Below are positions 1 through 8,877 of a DNA stretch of 18,911 bases, one piece after another; position 1 is the stretch's first letter, and each line of letters opens with the position of its first letter. The stretch is from positions 1 through 18,911 of the forward strand of contig CAYLZE010000099.1 in assembly GCA_964388035.1 (NCBI GenBank). The letters run 5' to 3'. The DNA is from an uncultured archaeon. Lineage in GTDB: Archaea; Asgardarchaeota; Lokiarchaeia; Sigyniarchaeales; SOKP01. Below the pieces are notes generated by a model. The model did no database searches. It was not told where the DNA came from and worked only from the letters and a program-made list of their open reading frames with translations. Position numbers and translations under genes: made by a program.

Positions 1-672
1 TATGATGCTAAGTTTACTGTCAAAAACAATCTTCCGGAAATTAAAGGATTCACGATAAACAATCAAACTTTGAATAATAGTATTACCGTTCTTTATGGAG
101 ATCCTTTAATATTTGCATTCAATGTTTCTGATGTGGAAGGAATTGCTTATGTGACGGTTTCCTTAGTAAATGGTGAAAATGAATACTTTAATATTACTGA
201 AGCATATGTGGAAGATCTTAACATTACTATTAGAACGGTGGATTTAAGCACGGGTTCTTGGTTTGTCTATGTTAATGTTACTGACACGGATGGGGCAAAC
301 GTCGGGCTCGGGGCGGATTATCTATTAGCCCCCCAAGAAATCATAATAGTGCCAAATCTGTTACAAGAAAATTTTCCTATCTCCATGTTCTTTATAGGAA
401 TATCTATCGGAGCCCTGGTGGGTATTGGAGTTGTAATTGCCTTTTTTAAAACCAGATTATTAAAGAAGCAAGAAATACAAGCAACTCAAGAAACCAAAGA
501 ATTAAAACCAGAAAAAAAGAAAGTTAGAAAAACTAAAAAAGCAGCTCAAGAAAAGAAACCGGAGAAAGAACCGGAGAAAAAAGAAGAAAAGAAACCTGAG
601 GAGAAAAAGGAAGAGATGCCTAAAGAAGAGAAAGAAGAAGCTACCAAAAAAAGAATACGAAGAAAACTATAA
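1..672 (+). CDS. 5'-truncated single-pass (type I) membrane/surface protein: beta-rich Ig-like extracellular region, C-terminal TM helix, Lys/Glu-rich cytoplasmic tail
   Basis: Frame is open from base 1 (YDAKFTVKNNLPEI...), so the TTG at 70 is probably internal. Beta-rich region with several N-x-S/T sequons, hydrophobic ISMFFIGISIGALVGIGVVIAFF (~379-447), then KKPEKEPEKKEEKKPEEKKEE tail ending KKRIRRKL. Confidence 0.75.
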   Translation, partial: YDAKFTVKNNLPEIKGFTINNQTLNNSITVLYGDPLIFAFNVSDVEGIAYVTVSLVNGENEYFNITEAYVEDLNITIRTVDLSTGSWFVYVNVTDTDGANVGLGADYLLAPQEIIIVPNLLQENFPISMFFIGISIGALVGIGVVIAFFKTRLLKKQEIQATQETKELKPEKKKVRKTKKAAQEKKPEKEPEKKEEKKPEEKKEEMPKEEKEEATKKRIRRKL

Positions 673-736
673 TCCTATAAAAAAATAAAAGTAGAATATA
701 ATTTTAATAAAATACGATTTTTTCTTACTTACTTTT

Positions 737-1648
737 TTATCCTAAAAGTTCATGTAACTTATATAAATAAGTGCCAAGCTTACCTCCATAATTACCTGCA
801 GAGATGCGATTAACTCCGGGTACCTTTACGGCAGCTTCAATTCCTATTTTAATTGCTTTTTTGACAGCATCTTCCGTTGCTCCATCCAAAATTACTTCAT
901 AGACGCAATTATCTCCTTGCCTTAGATTCGAATTCTCAATTTTGCTTTTTAATGTAGGACAAAAAGGATCGTTGGTGCTTGCGCCCAAAAAACTATATTT
1001 AGAGCCCACTTTGGAACCAGAACGAGCTACTCCCCCTGGAAAAGGAGCTATGACATTTTCAATTACGCTTATAGCTTCAATTGCTTTTTCTGAAGCAATT
1101 AACCCCGATTCTTGATCCTTGGCAATGATTAAAAAATTACCCCCTGCCACTCCCTTTCCAGCTTTTGCTTCACTTTGGCAAATAAAATCTCCATCCATTA
1201 CGGGAACTTTCCAAGCTTCAAAATTAAATTTTTCTTCGAGTTTTTCTTCAAACTTATCTCCAAAATATCTTAGATTCGCACCTATTTTAATAGCAAAATC
1301 TTTTGCAGGATCTAAGGATTGAGTCAATCCGTCAAAACATGCCGTCGTAGGACATGTTAACACGCATTGACCTAATCGATTCATCACGATGTTTCCCACC
1401 TTTTTCTTATCTCCAATGAAGAACATTAATGCCACTCCCGGTCTTTTATCAGGGGTTTTGTCTGCGGAAAGAAATACATCGATACCTGCTTCAGCATCGC
1501 AATGAATAGTAGATGTTCCATACCCGGTGGCAACTTGCGCTGCAATTTTCGCCCATTTTTCGTTTCTTGCCGTGACTATAATCCGTGAAAAGTAGTTTCC
1601 AAATGCCTCGCAATAAGTATCCTCAATTTCCACTCCATTTAATTCCAT
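737..1648 (-). CDS. ftr: Formylmethanofuran--tetrahydromethanopterin N-formyltransferase
   Basis: N-terminus MELNGVEIEDTYCEAF; motifs TPDKRPG, RLGQCVLTCPTTACFD, GVAGGNF, PFPGGVARSGSKVGS, ISAGNYGGKLG; GGTGGA SD-like motif before the ATG. Confidence 0.97.
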   Translation of the reverse strand: MELNGVEIEDTYCEAFGNYFSRIIVTARNEKWAKIAAQVATGYGTSTIHCDAEAGIDVFLSADKTPDKRPGVALMFFIGDKKKVGNIVMNRLGQCVLTCPTTACFDGLTQSLDPAKDFAIKIGANLRYFGDKFEEKLEEKFNFEAWKVPVMDGDFICQSEAKAGKGVAGGNFLIIAKDQESGLIASEKAIEAISVIENVIAPFPGGVARSGSKVGSKYSFLGASTNDPFCPTLKSKIENSNLRQGDNCVYEVILDGATEDAVKKAIKIGIEAAVKVPGVNRISAGNYGGKLGTYLYKLHELLG

Positions 1649-1808
1649 ATTCCACCATCTAATTATTTTTTTATTTTAATTATTTCTATATCATCTATTT
1701 GTAATATAAGTTTAGATTGCATTTTATTAAAACTTAAAAAAAAATTAAAAATATTAATTATATTAAAAACCTTAAATAGTATAAATTATACAATTTTAGT
1801 TGACTATC

Positions 1809-2648
1809 ATGAGCGAAAGTAAGAAATTAAAAATTGGTGTTCTTAAAAACGGTACGATTGGCAGTTCTCTGTTGCTCGCATTTCTTCTGGATGAGAGAGC
1901 GGAAGGAGAACGAATTGATGTCCGGGAAGTAACATCTGGTCCAAGCATGCATCCTCCAGAAATCTGTGTTAAGGCAATGGAGGAATTATTGGCTTGGAAA
2001 CCCGAATTAATCATAATGTCTTCCCCTAATGCCGCATTAAAAGGACCCAAAGCCGCAAGAGATATGGCAGGAGGTATTCCGACTATTGTGGTATCAGACG
2101 CTCCTGCTAAAAAGGCAATTGATGAATTAAAAGAAAAAAATATGGGCTACATCATCGTGGAATGTGATTCCATGATAGGCGCGCGACGTCCATTTTTGGA
2201 TCCTATTGAAATGAGTCTATTCAATTCAGATTTATTAAAAGTTCTAGCCATTACGGGAGCACTCCAAGTGATTGTTGTAGAACTGAATAAAGTCATAATG
2301 GACATGTTGGATGGAAAAACACCCACTCTTCCACAACTAGAGATAAAAGCAGATAATGCAACGGAAGCTGCAAGTTTTTCTAATCCCTATGCAAGAGCAA
2401 AAGCAATTGCAGCCTTTGAGTTAGCTAGCTCTGTATCAAAAGTGACTGGCAGAGCTTGTTTTGTCTTGAAGGAGAGAGATGAATACATGCCCTTGCTGGC
2501 GGGAGCTCATGAAATGATGAGATATGCTGCCAAAATGTGTGATGATGCCCGGGAAATAGAAAAGTCAAATGATACCGTATTAAGAACTCCTCACCGTTCA
2601 ACCCAAGAACTCTTATCTAAACGGGCTTTATATGATAAAGAGAGTTAA
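1809..2648 (+). CDS. mtd: F420-dependent methylene-H4MPT dehydrogenase
   Basis: KIGVLKNGTIGSS, LLDERAE, SPNAALKGP, DSMIGARRPFLDPIEMSLFNSD, FSNPYARAKAIAA, AHEMMR, AREIEKSNDTVLRTPH match Mtd. ATG at 1809 preferred; TTG at 1800 is the alternative start. Confidence 0.96.
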   Translation: MSESKKLKIGVLKNGTIGSSLLLAFLLDERAEGERIDVREVTSGPSMHPPEICVKAMEELLAWKPELIIMSSPNAALKGPKAARDMAGGIPTIVVSDAPAKKAIDELKEKNMGYIIVECDSMIGARRPFLDPIEMSLFNSDLLKVLAITGALQVIVVELNKVIMDMLDGKTPTLPQLEIKADNATEAASFSNPYARAKAIAAFELASSVSKVTGRACFVLKERDEYMPLLAGAHEMMRYAAKMCDDAREIEKSNDTVLRTPHRSTQELLSKRALYDKES

Positions 2649-2716
2649 ATAATTTGAATATAAGTGTTATATCTTTTTTATTTTTATTTTTATGACAATT
2701 GGAATGATTTTAAAAG

Positions 2717-3691
2717 TTAGGTCCCTCCTTCTTCCAATAGCATCTCGATTGTTTTAAGATTCTGGTTGGAAATCGTTTTGATTACTTCTAAAAGTACTTC
2801 AGGGCTTTTATTTTTTGTTATCGCAAGTAATATTACCCCATTTTTCACTTCTTTAGCGATCACATAGCTTGAATCCGATTCAAACATGATCGTGGAAAGA
2901 TATAATGGAGAGGGGGGAGAATCCATCAATTTAACTATTTTTTCATAAATTTGGTATAAATTCGAATCGGGAGCACTTATTTTGAATGTCATGAATTTAA
3001 GTGGTTCACTATCGAATTTCCCTAAAGTTGAGGAGATCAATAATCCATCGGGTTGATTGAATAATAAATATTCCGAAAGTGTCGTGCTTTTCAATTTATC
3101 AAGGAAGTGCCTAATCTTGCCCATTCTTGCCATGCTCACCGTGCTGTTTGTTATCTCAAAATCTAAAATTTCAATTAACCGATGTTGAGCACTTCCTTCC
3201 TTTACGGAAACAGGAGTAAAGACGACCTTCTTTTTAAAGTCTTCTTCCATATCTTTTATAAGATACTCATATAATTCGTCTTCTTTGGAGTTAGGAAGAT
3301 CTATTTTATTTAAAAGACAATAAACCTTACTCACTTGCGGACTATACTCAAATAGATACTTCACAAAGCTAAAAAATATATTCTTAATTCTTTCTTCAAT
3401 AATGGTAGAATCCACCATGAATACAGCTATTGAGCATTCAGAAAATATTAATTCCCTCTGTGACTCCGAAAAATATCTTTCTATGTAATGAGTTTGGCCC
3501 CCTGCATCCCAAATACTAATTTCACATAGGCCTCTAAAGATATAATTCTCTCTACTAATCCCTTTAGTAGGTTTTAGGTTAATTACCTTCATAAAATTGT
3601 AGCCTAAGCAGGTGGTTCTCATGAGACTAGTCTTTCCCGCATTTTCAGGCCCGAATAAAAGCAGCTTCAATTTTTTAGACCTTTTAATCAA
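2717..3691 (-). CDS. RagA/Gtr1-like small GTPase with probable C-terminal roadblock domain
   Basis: G1 GPENAGKTS, G2 LKPTKG, G3 IWDAGGQ followed by Rag-like YIERYFSESQRELIFS, G4 NKID. C-terminal ~140 aa show a roadblock-like pattern (helix, YLLFNQPDGLLISST, helix, three strands, helix). Confidence 0.85.
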   Translation of the reverse strand: MIKRSKKLKLLLFGPENAGKTSLMRTTCLGYNFMKVINLKPTKGISRENYIFRGLCEISIWDAGGQTHYIERYFSESQRELIFSECSIAVFMVDSTIIEERIKNIFFSFVKYLFEYSPQVSKVYCLLNKIDLPNSKEDELYEYLIKDMEEDFKKKVVFTPVSVKEGSAQHRLIEILDFEITNSTVSMARMGKIRHFLDKLKSTTLSEYLLFNQPDGLLISSTLGKFDSEPLKFMTFKISAPDSNLYQIYEKIVKLMDSPPSPLYLSTIMFESDSSYVIAKEVKNGVILLAITKNKSPEVLLEVIKTISNQNLKTIEMLLEEGGT

Positions 3692-4089
3692 TTTATTGAA
3701 ATTTTATTTTACATTATTAAGAAGAAAAATCTTCTTTTTAAAGTTATTTTATTTGGAATATCTCTGATACTTATTTTATTTTAGTAAAAAATATCCAAAA
3801 TTCATTATTTAATTTTTCCTAAGGATTTGGATTGCTTTCTTTATTAAGAAAACTTGGTATTATTTTAATTTAGGTAAATCCCTTGATCATTTAATTCGTT
3901 CTTTATACTCAGTTAGTTAGATTACATAAAATCGACTTGCTATAGAGACAATCATACCCGATTTAATTTAATATATTAAAAAGCATTTATAGTTTGAAGG
4001 AAGGAAATAGATCATAATTAAATACTCTAAAAAATTTATAGAACTGTACTAATATAAAACAATTTATCTCATGGAAAAAGGATATTAAT

Positions 4090-4617
4090 ATGAATTTAGA
4101 AAAGTACATTAGAAACGTACCCGATTTTCCAAAACCCGGAATTCAATTTAAAGATATTACTACTCTATGCAAGGAGTATAAAGCTTTTAAAGAGTCGTGT
4201 GATCGCATCGTTAAACATTACAAGGGGAAAGGGATTACAAAAGTTGCAGCAATAGAAGCCCGGGGTTATGTTTTTGGCGGAGTGTTAGCTTATCAATTAG
4301 GAGCAGGTTTTGTGCTAATAAGAAAACCGGGGAAGTTACCATATAAAACATTGTCTGAAACTTATGAATTGGAGTATGGAACTGATACCATTGAAATGCA
4401 TGTTGATGCCATTGAAAAAGATGATAAAGTATTATTATTTGATGATCTATTAGCTACGGGAGGAACCGCGGAAGCTGCCTGTAAACTAATTGAAAAAGCA
4501 GCTGGCAAAGTAGTGGGAGTAGCTTTCGTCATTGAATTGACGAGAAGTTTACACGGACGTGATAAGCTTAAAGATTATGAAATTTTTACTTTAGTTGAAA
4601 TTCCTGTAGAAGAATAA
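4090..4617 (+). CDS. apt: Adenine phosphoribosyltransferase
   Basis: IRNVPDFPKPGIQFKDIT, EARG, RKPGKLP, YELEYG, PRPP-binding LLFDDLLATGGT. Confidence 0.97.
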   Translation: MNLEKYIRNVPDFPKPGIQFKDITTLCKEYKAFKESCDRIVKHYKGKGITKVAAIEARGYVFGGVLAYQLGAGFVLIRKPGKLPYKTLSETYELEYGTDTIEMHVDAIEKDDKVLLFDDLLATGGTAEAACKLIEKAAGKVVGVAFVIELTRSLHGRDKLKDYEIFTLVEIPVEE

Positions 4618-4694
4618 AAAATAGAAAAAAAAAGGGAAGTACTAAAATAAAAACTAATATTTTTTTTACTACATTATAGCATGGCGTTGAATTT

Positions 4695-5558
4695 TTAAAT
4701 GATAGCTCCATCAAGTGTATGCTTGCAGGGGCAATCCCGTTCTGTATCTATTTCTGGGATGGTTTTTTCTAACATTGTTTTAAGGTTTTTCTCATTCTTT
4801 TCCATGGTTTCTAAAATTTCGCTAATACTTACTGCTAATTTTTGGACGGGCCCCCCACAGATATCACATTTTTCTTTTAGTTCCACGACACCACAATTTT
4901 TACACGAACCGGCCCATACATCTAAATCAGTTACCATGGCTATGCAACAATAACATATCTCCTTTTCTGCCGCAAGAACAACTTCTGGATATGTCGTCAT
5001 TCCGATAATATCGCCACCCCATGATTTAAACACTTTTGATTCCGCTCGAGTGGAAAATCGCGGACCTTCTATACAAACGTAGGTGCCTCCTTTTTGAATA
5101 TCCAATCCCGCTATAGATTTACTTTTTTCGTAAAATAAATCATTTAAGTATGAGCAATAAGGATCAGCTTGGCTAATATGGCAAACTTGGCCCCCTTCGT
5201 AAAAAGTGTCTATTCGTTTTCTGGTTCTATCAATATATTGATCGACTAAGACGAATTTACCCTTATCGTGTTCCTTTTTTAGAGAACCGACTGCCGAGGG
5301 AGAAATGATGCATTTCACGCCTAACTCCTTTAATGCCCATACATTTGCCCTAAAATTTAACTGATGGGGGGGAATCGTATGACCCCGGCCATGACGGGAT
5401 AAAAAAGCCACTCTCTTGCCCTTAAAATCTCCAATTTGTATAAAGTCAGAGGTTCTTCCATATGGAGTGTAAATTTTAACTTCTTCAGCATTTTCCAGTT
5501 GGATATCGGAGCCTGTCCCCCCAATAATTCCTATACTTGCTTTTCCTTCGAATTTCAT
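4695..5558 (-). CDS. mtnP: S-methyl-5'-thioadenosine phosphorylase (MTAP/PNP family) with inserted Cys4 zinc ribbon
   Basis: IGIIGGTG, TPYG, FLSRHGRGH, NFRANVWALKELG, SAVGSL, YVCIEGPRFSTRAES, IIGMT, VTDLD (D-x-D typical of 6-aminopurine-accepting MTAPs), C-terminal CPC. Confidence 0.93.
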   Translation of the reverse strand: MKFEGKASIGIIGGTGSDIQLENAEEVKIYTPYGRTSDFIQIGDFKGKRVAFLSRHGRGHTIPPHQLNFRANVWALKELGVKCIISPSAVGSLKKEHDKGKFVLVDQYIDRTRKRIDTFYEGGQVCHISQADPYCSYLNDLFYEKSKSIAGLDIQKGGTYVCIEGPRFSTRAESKVFKSWGGDIIGMTTYPEVVLAAEKEICYCCIAMVTDLDVWAGSCKNCGVVELKEKCDICGGPVQKLAVSISEILETMEKNEKNLKTMLEKTIPEIDTERDCPCKHTLDGAII

Positions 5559-5824
5559 GTTTTTACACTTAATGTAGTATTTTTTAAATTATATTTTCTT
5601 TTTATTTTACCTTAATAAAAAACTTTATAGCAATTAATATTTCTACACTAAAATGAAGTTTATAATTAATTTTAATATTAAAGAAATTCTGAAATACTGT
5701 TGTTGTTTTTCGTTAATCATAAACTCTCAATTTATTTCAGATAATCCAAAAATTAATCTTTTTCTAAAGATTAATTTAAATAGAATGACATATATATTTC
5801 CAAAATTTCATAAAACATGCGATC

Positions 5825-7129
5825 ATGACGAAAATTGCATTCTTAGGAAGCTGTAGAGAAGTTGGACGCTCTGGAATTTTGATTACCTCAAATAATGGAA
5901 CGAAATGCGTGTTGGATTACGGGATTAGATTTCATAGTGAAGAGAGGTTACCGCAAGATTTTAATCGAGATAAACTTAAAGCTGTTGCTCTTACTCACGC
6001 TCACGTGGATCATTCGGGAGCTTTACCTTATCTCTATAAGAAAAATAATATTCCTTTCCTAACAAATCCGATTTCCTTAAGAATTGCAGAAATCTTAATT
6101 AAAGATACCTTAAGAATATCTAAGTATAATTATCCTTTTGGATATGAGGAATTAGATAATCTGAGAAAAAATGCAACTTTTTTGAACGAACGGGTAAGGC
6201 AGAGAATTGAGGATGATTTTTATATCACCTTCTTTAATGCAGGGCATATTCCTGGTAGCGTCTCCATTCTGGTAGAAGTCGATGATAAAGTTATCCTTTA
6301 TTCGGGGGATATTAACACCCAAAATACAAATTTATGCACATCCGCCGAAGCAAGAGACTTTCCCCCAATTGACGCTCTTATCATTGAATCGACCTATGCT
6401 CTACGAAATCATCCTCCAAGAGAAACATTGGAGAAAGACTTTGTAGAGAAAATAATCGATATTATTAGCAACGGTGGACGAGTACTAATTCCTGCTTTTG
6501 CAGTCGCACGATCTCAAGAAGTATTACTGATTTTGAACAAATATTTTTATAAAGAGAAAATATATATTGATGGATTGGCCAGAAAGATAAGCAATAAATA
6601 TCTAAACCATCCAGAAGCGATAAAAGATTTTAAGGTCTATAAAAAGGCATTGAAAAAAGCTAAATACGTGTCAAGAAGCACGGAAAGAAACTCAATCAAG
6701 AAGAGGAATGCAGTATTTATTGCTTCGAGTGGAATGCTAAAGGGTGGTGCTGTGATGGAATACATGGGATCCATCTTAAAAGACCCAATGTCGGCAATCT
6801 ATATTGTAGGATATCAAGTAGAAGGAAGTCCCGGAAGAGTCTTATTAGATACGGGAGTATTTGAATTTAACAATAACGGAAAAACTGAGGAACGGAATAG
6901 TCTTGAAAAAATACAGGCTGAATGTGAATACGAGTATTTCGATTTCTCAAGTCATGCAGATGCGAACAATTTGCAGCAATATGTAAAAGATTTACAGTTT
7001 CGTAATGGTGCCAAAGAGGTATTCTGTGTTCACGGGGATGAGAAATCCACGACCAATTTAGCTAGTGTTTTGAGTAAAGATGGATTTAATTCAGTAGCAC
7101 CTGAGACAGGAGAAGAATACCGCATTTAA
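5825..7129 (+). CDS. Metallo-beta-lactamase beta-CASP ribonuclease without KH domains (aCPSF2-like)
   Basis: LGSCREVGRS, THAHVDHSG, AGHIPGS, YSGD, ESTY, PAFAVARSQE, SGMLKGG, GYQVEGSPGR, FSSHAD, VHGD. 434 aa with no N-terminal KH extension, so not aCPSF1/FttA. Confidence 0.9.
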   Translation: MTKIAFLGSCREVGRSGILITSNNGTKCVLDYGIRFHSEERLPQDFNRDKLKAVALTHAHVDHSGALPYLYKKNNIPFLTNPISLRIAEILIKDTLRISKYNYPFGYEELDNLRKNATFLNERVRQRIEDDFYITFFNAGHIPGSVSILVEVDDKVILYSGDINTQNTNLCTSAEARDFPPIDALIIESTYALRNHPPRETLEKDFVEKIIDIISNGGRVLIPAFAVARSQEVLLILNKYFYKEKIYIDGLARKISNKYLNHPEAIKDFKVYKKALKKAKYVSRSTERNSIKKRNAVFIASSGMLKGGAVMEYMGSILKDPMSAIYIVGYQVEGSPGRVLLDTGVFEFNNNGKTEERNSLEKIQAECEYEYFDFSSHADANNLQQYVKDLQFRNGAKEVFCVHGDEKSTTNLASVLSKDGFNSVAPETGEEYRI

Positions 7130-7168
7130 AAAAACGGAGATCTAATTCCCCTTATTAAATTAAAATTA

Positions 7169-8686
7169 TCAAGAAGATAGTTGTTTTCCAATAATTTCAT
7201 TACAATTATTCAAAAAAGTTTCAGCTTGCTCAACGGGAACTTTTGTCCCTGCCGCGGGTGGATGTCCCCCTCCTAAAACATTTAAATTTATTTGTTCGCA
7301 AGCTTCTCTAATAACCTCTGAGAGATTTACTCCTTTTTCCACAAGCTCTTTGCTGGCACGACTGGAAACTTTGTACATGTTTTCTTCTTTCCTCAATGCA
7401 AGTCCAAAAATAGGCTTATTCAAATCAATATCCTTCCCTTTATCAAAAATTAGCATCGAAGCTATTGTCCCAACGATATTTTCACCAATCACATCTTCTC
7501 CGAAAAAATATTGGAGATTCTCTTTCTGTTGAATTTTATTATTTTCTTTTAGCCAATGCAAAGCCTTCATTAATGATTTTTTATACTCTTTCAAGTTTTC
7601 TTGGGCTTTCGATAAAGCATCTGTTCTATTTCCTAAGGCGATAGCAATGCCCAATGAGGCATTATCTGTTCTTCCGCATGAATTTAATAAATTCGAAAAT
7701 TCGTTTAAATCCTTTAGAACTGAATTTTCTGGTTCATTAACAAGCAAATATTTTTGTACAATTAATTTATCAATAATACTTGCCGGGTCTACATCCAATT
7801 TCATTGATATGAACTCTATTATTGCTGATGTTAAAACTTGTTTTTCTTTTTGATCCAGTTCAGCTAATGTTTTAATAGTCCCTTCAGGAGTTTCCATTAA
7901 AATTCCTAACGACTGTAAAAATTTTAAAGATTTATTGATATCTTTAGTTATACCGGGTAATAGAAGATCAGAAGAATATGCAAGAGCTTCATTCAAAGGT
8001 CTAAAAGGAGGAAAATTTAAATCACTCACAATCTCTATAAGTTTTTTTTCTCTGGCATCCTCCAAAATCAACCTATTCATGCCTTTAAATGATTTATTAG
8101 GACCTTGATTTTGTATATCACCTATAGCCCCAATAATGGCAATAGGGGATAGATCAATATTAGCATCATTCAAACCCCTTGAAAAATAATAACAAACTCC
8201 CGCGCCAGAAATTTCAACACTTCCATCAATTCCATAGAAATAGGGATTAATATGGAAAGGGGAAGTGTTCTCATGAATCTCTCTTATAAGTTCAATATCA
8301 TCTTTACTGGAGACTTCTTGAGGTAAATGATGATCCAAGATAATGTGAGGTAAACGCTCCTTTCCATCTCGAAGCTGTTCTTGTAATTCCAAATATTGAC
8401 CGCTGCCAAAATCCGAAAAAATGATGAAATTTCTTGAACTCAATGCGGAATCAACGATCTTTTTTATTTCTGTCTTTTCTAATTGCTTTAACACGCGTAT
8501 TTGAAATGGTATGCTTTCTCTAAAAAGTGCTTTACCTAGAATCGCGCCTGATGTTAATCCATCTGCATCTAAATGAGTGTAAATCTGGACTAATGAGTCC
8601 CTGTTTTTAAGATGTTCAATGAGAATATTTATTGCATGAGATATATCTTCTTTTAATTTTTTGAGATTCTCCTCTAGCACGCTCAT
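7169..8686 (-). CDS. DHH-family RecJ/Cdc45-like nuclease (GAN-type)
   Basis: HLDADG, DFGSG, DHH, GDIQ and DHHA1 GGGHPPAAG motifs all intact. Internal RPLNEALAYS..LPGIT insertion resembles the GAN/Cdc45 CMG-interaction domain. Confidence 0.88.
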   Translation of the reverse strand: MSVLEENLKKLKEDISHAINILIEHLKNRDSLVQIYTHLDADGLTSGAILGKALFRESIPFQIRVLKQLEKTEIKKIVDSALSSRNFIIFSDFGSGQYLELQEQLRDGKERLPHIILDHHLPQEVSSKDDIELIREIHENTSPFHINPYFYGIDGSVEISGAGVCYYFSRGLNDANIDLSPIAIIGAIGDIQNQGPNKSFKGMNRLILEDAREKKLIEIVSDLNFPPFRPLNEALAYSSDLLLPGITKDINKSLKFLQSLGILMETPEGTIKTLAELDQKEKQVLTSAIIEFISMKLDVDPASIIDKLIVQKYLLVNEPENSVLKDLNEFSNLLNSCGRTDNASLGIAIALGNRTDALSKAQENLKEYKKSLMKALHWLKENNKIQQKENLQYFFGEDVIGENIVGTIASMLIFDKGKDIDLNKPIFGLALRKEENMYKVSSRASKELVEKGVNLSEVIREACEQINLNVLGGGHPPAAGTKVPVEQAETFLNNCNEIIGKQLSS

Positions 8687-8877
8687 TTTTTTTAGTTTTT
8701 TCTTAGAAGTAAGTGATATAATATTAATTTTTTATCAGATATAATAAACTAACCATATTTTACTTTTTGAATAAGTTTATGATCATTTAATTGAAAAACT
8801 AAGAAAGTTTTGGGGAATTCTAAAAATTTAAAAATCATTCTAACTAAAAAATTATAAACAGATTTATTGGTGAAAAA

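Noticed and set aside
540-650. Purine-rich imperfect repeats (GAAAAGAAACCGGAG...)
   Set aside because: Explained by the low-complexity K/E/P protein tail; no repeat-spacer structure, so not CRISPR.
3719-3736. Inverted repeat AAGAAGA-AAAA-TCTTCTT upstream of the Rag-like gene
   Set aside because: Plausible operator position, but low complexity and no second copy found; cannot be distinguished from chance.
5653-5856. 67-aa ORF upstream of the beta-CASP gene
   Set aside because: Ile/Asn/Phe/Lys-rich translation of AT-rich divergent promoter DNA; overlaps the real start out of frame.
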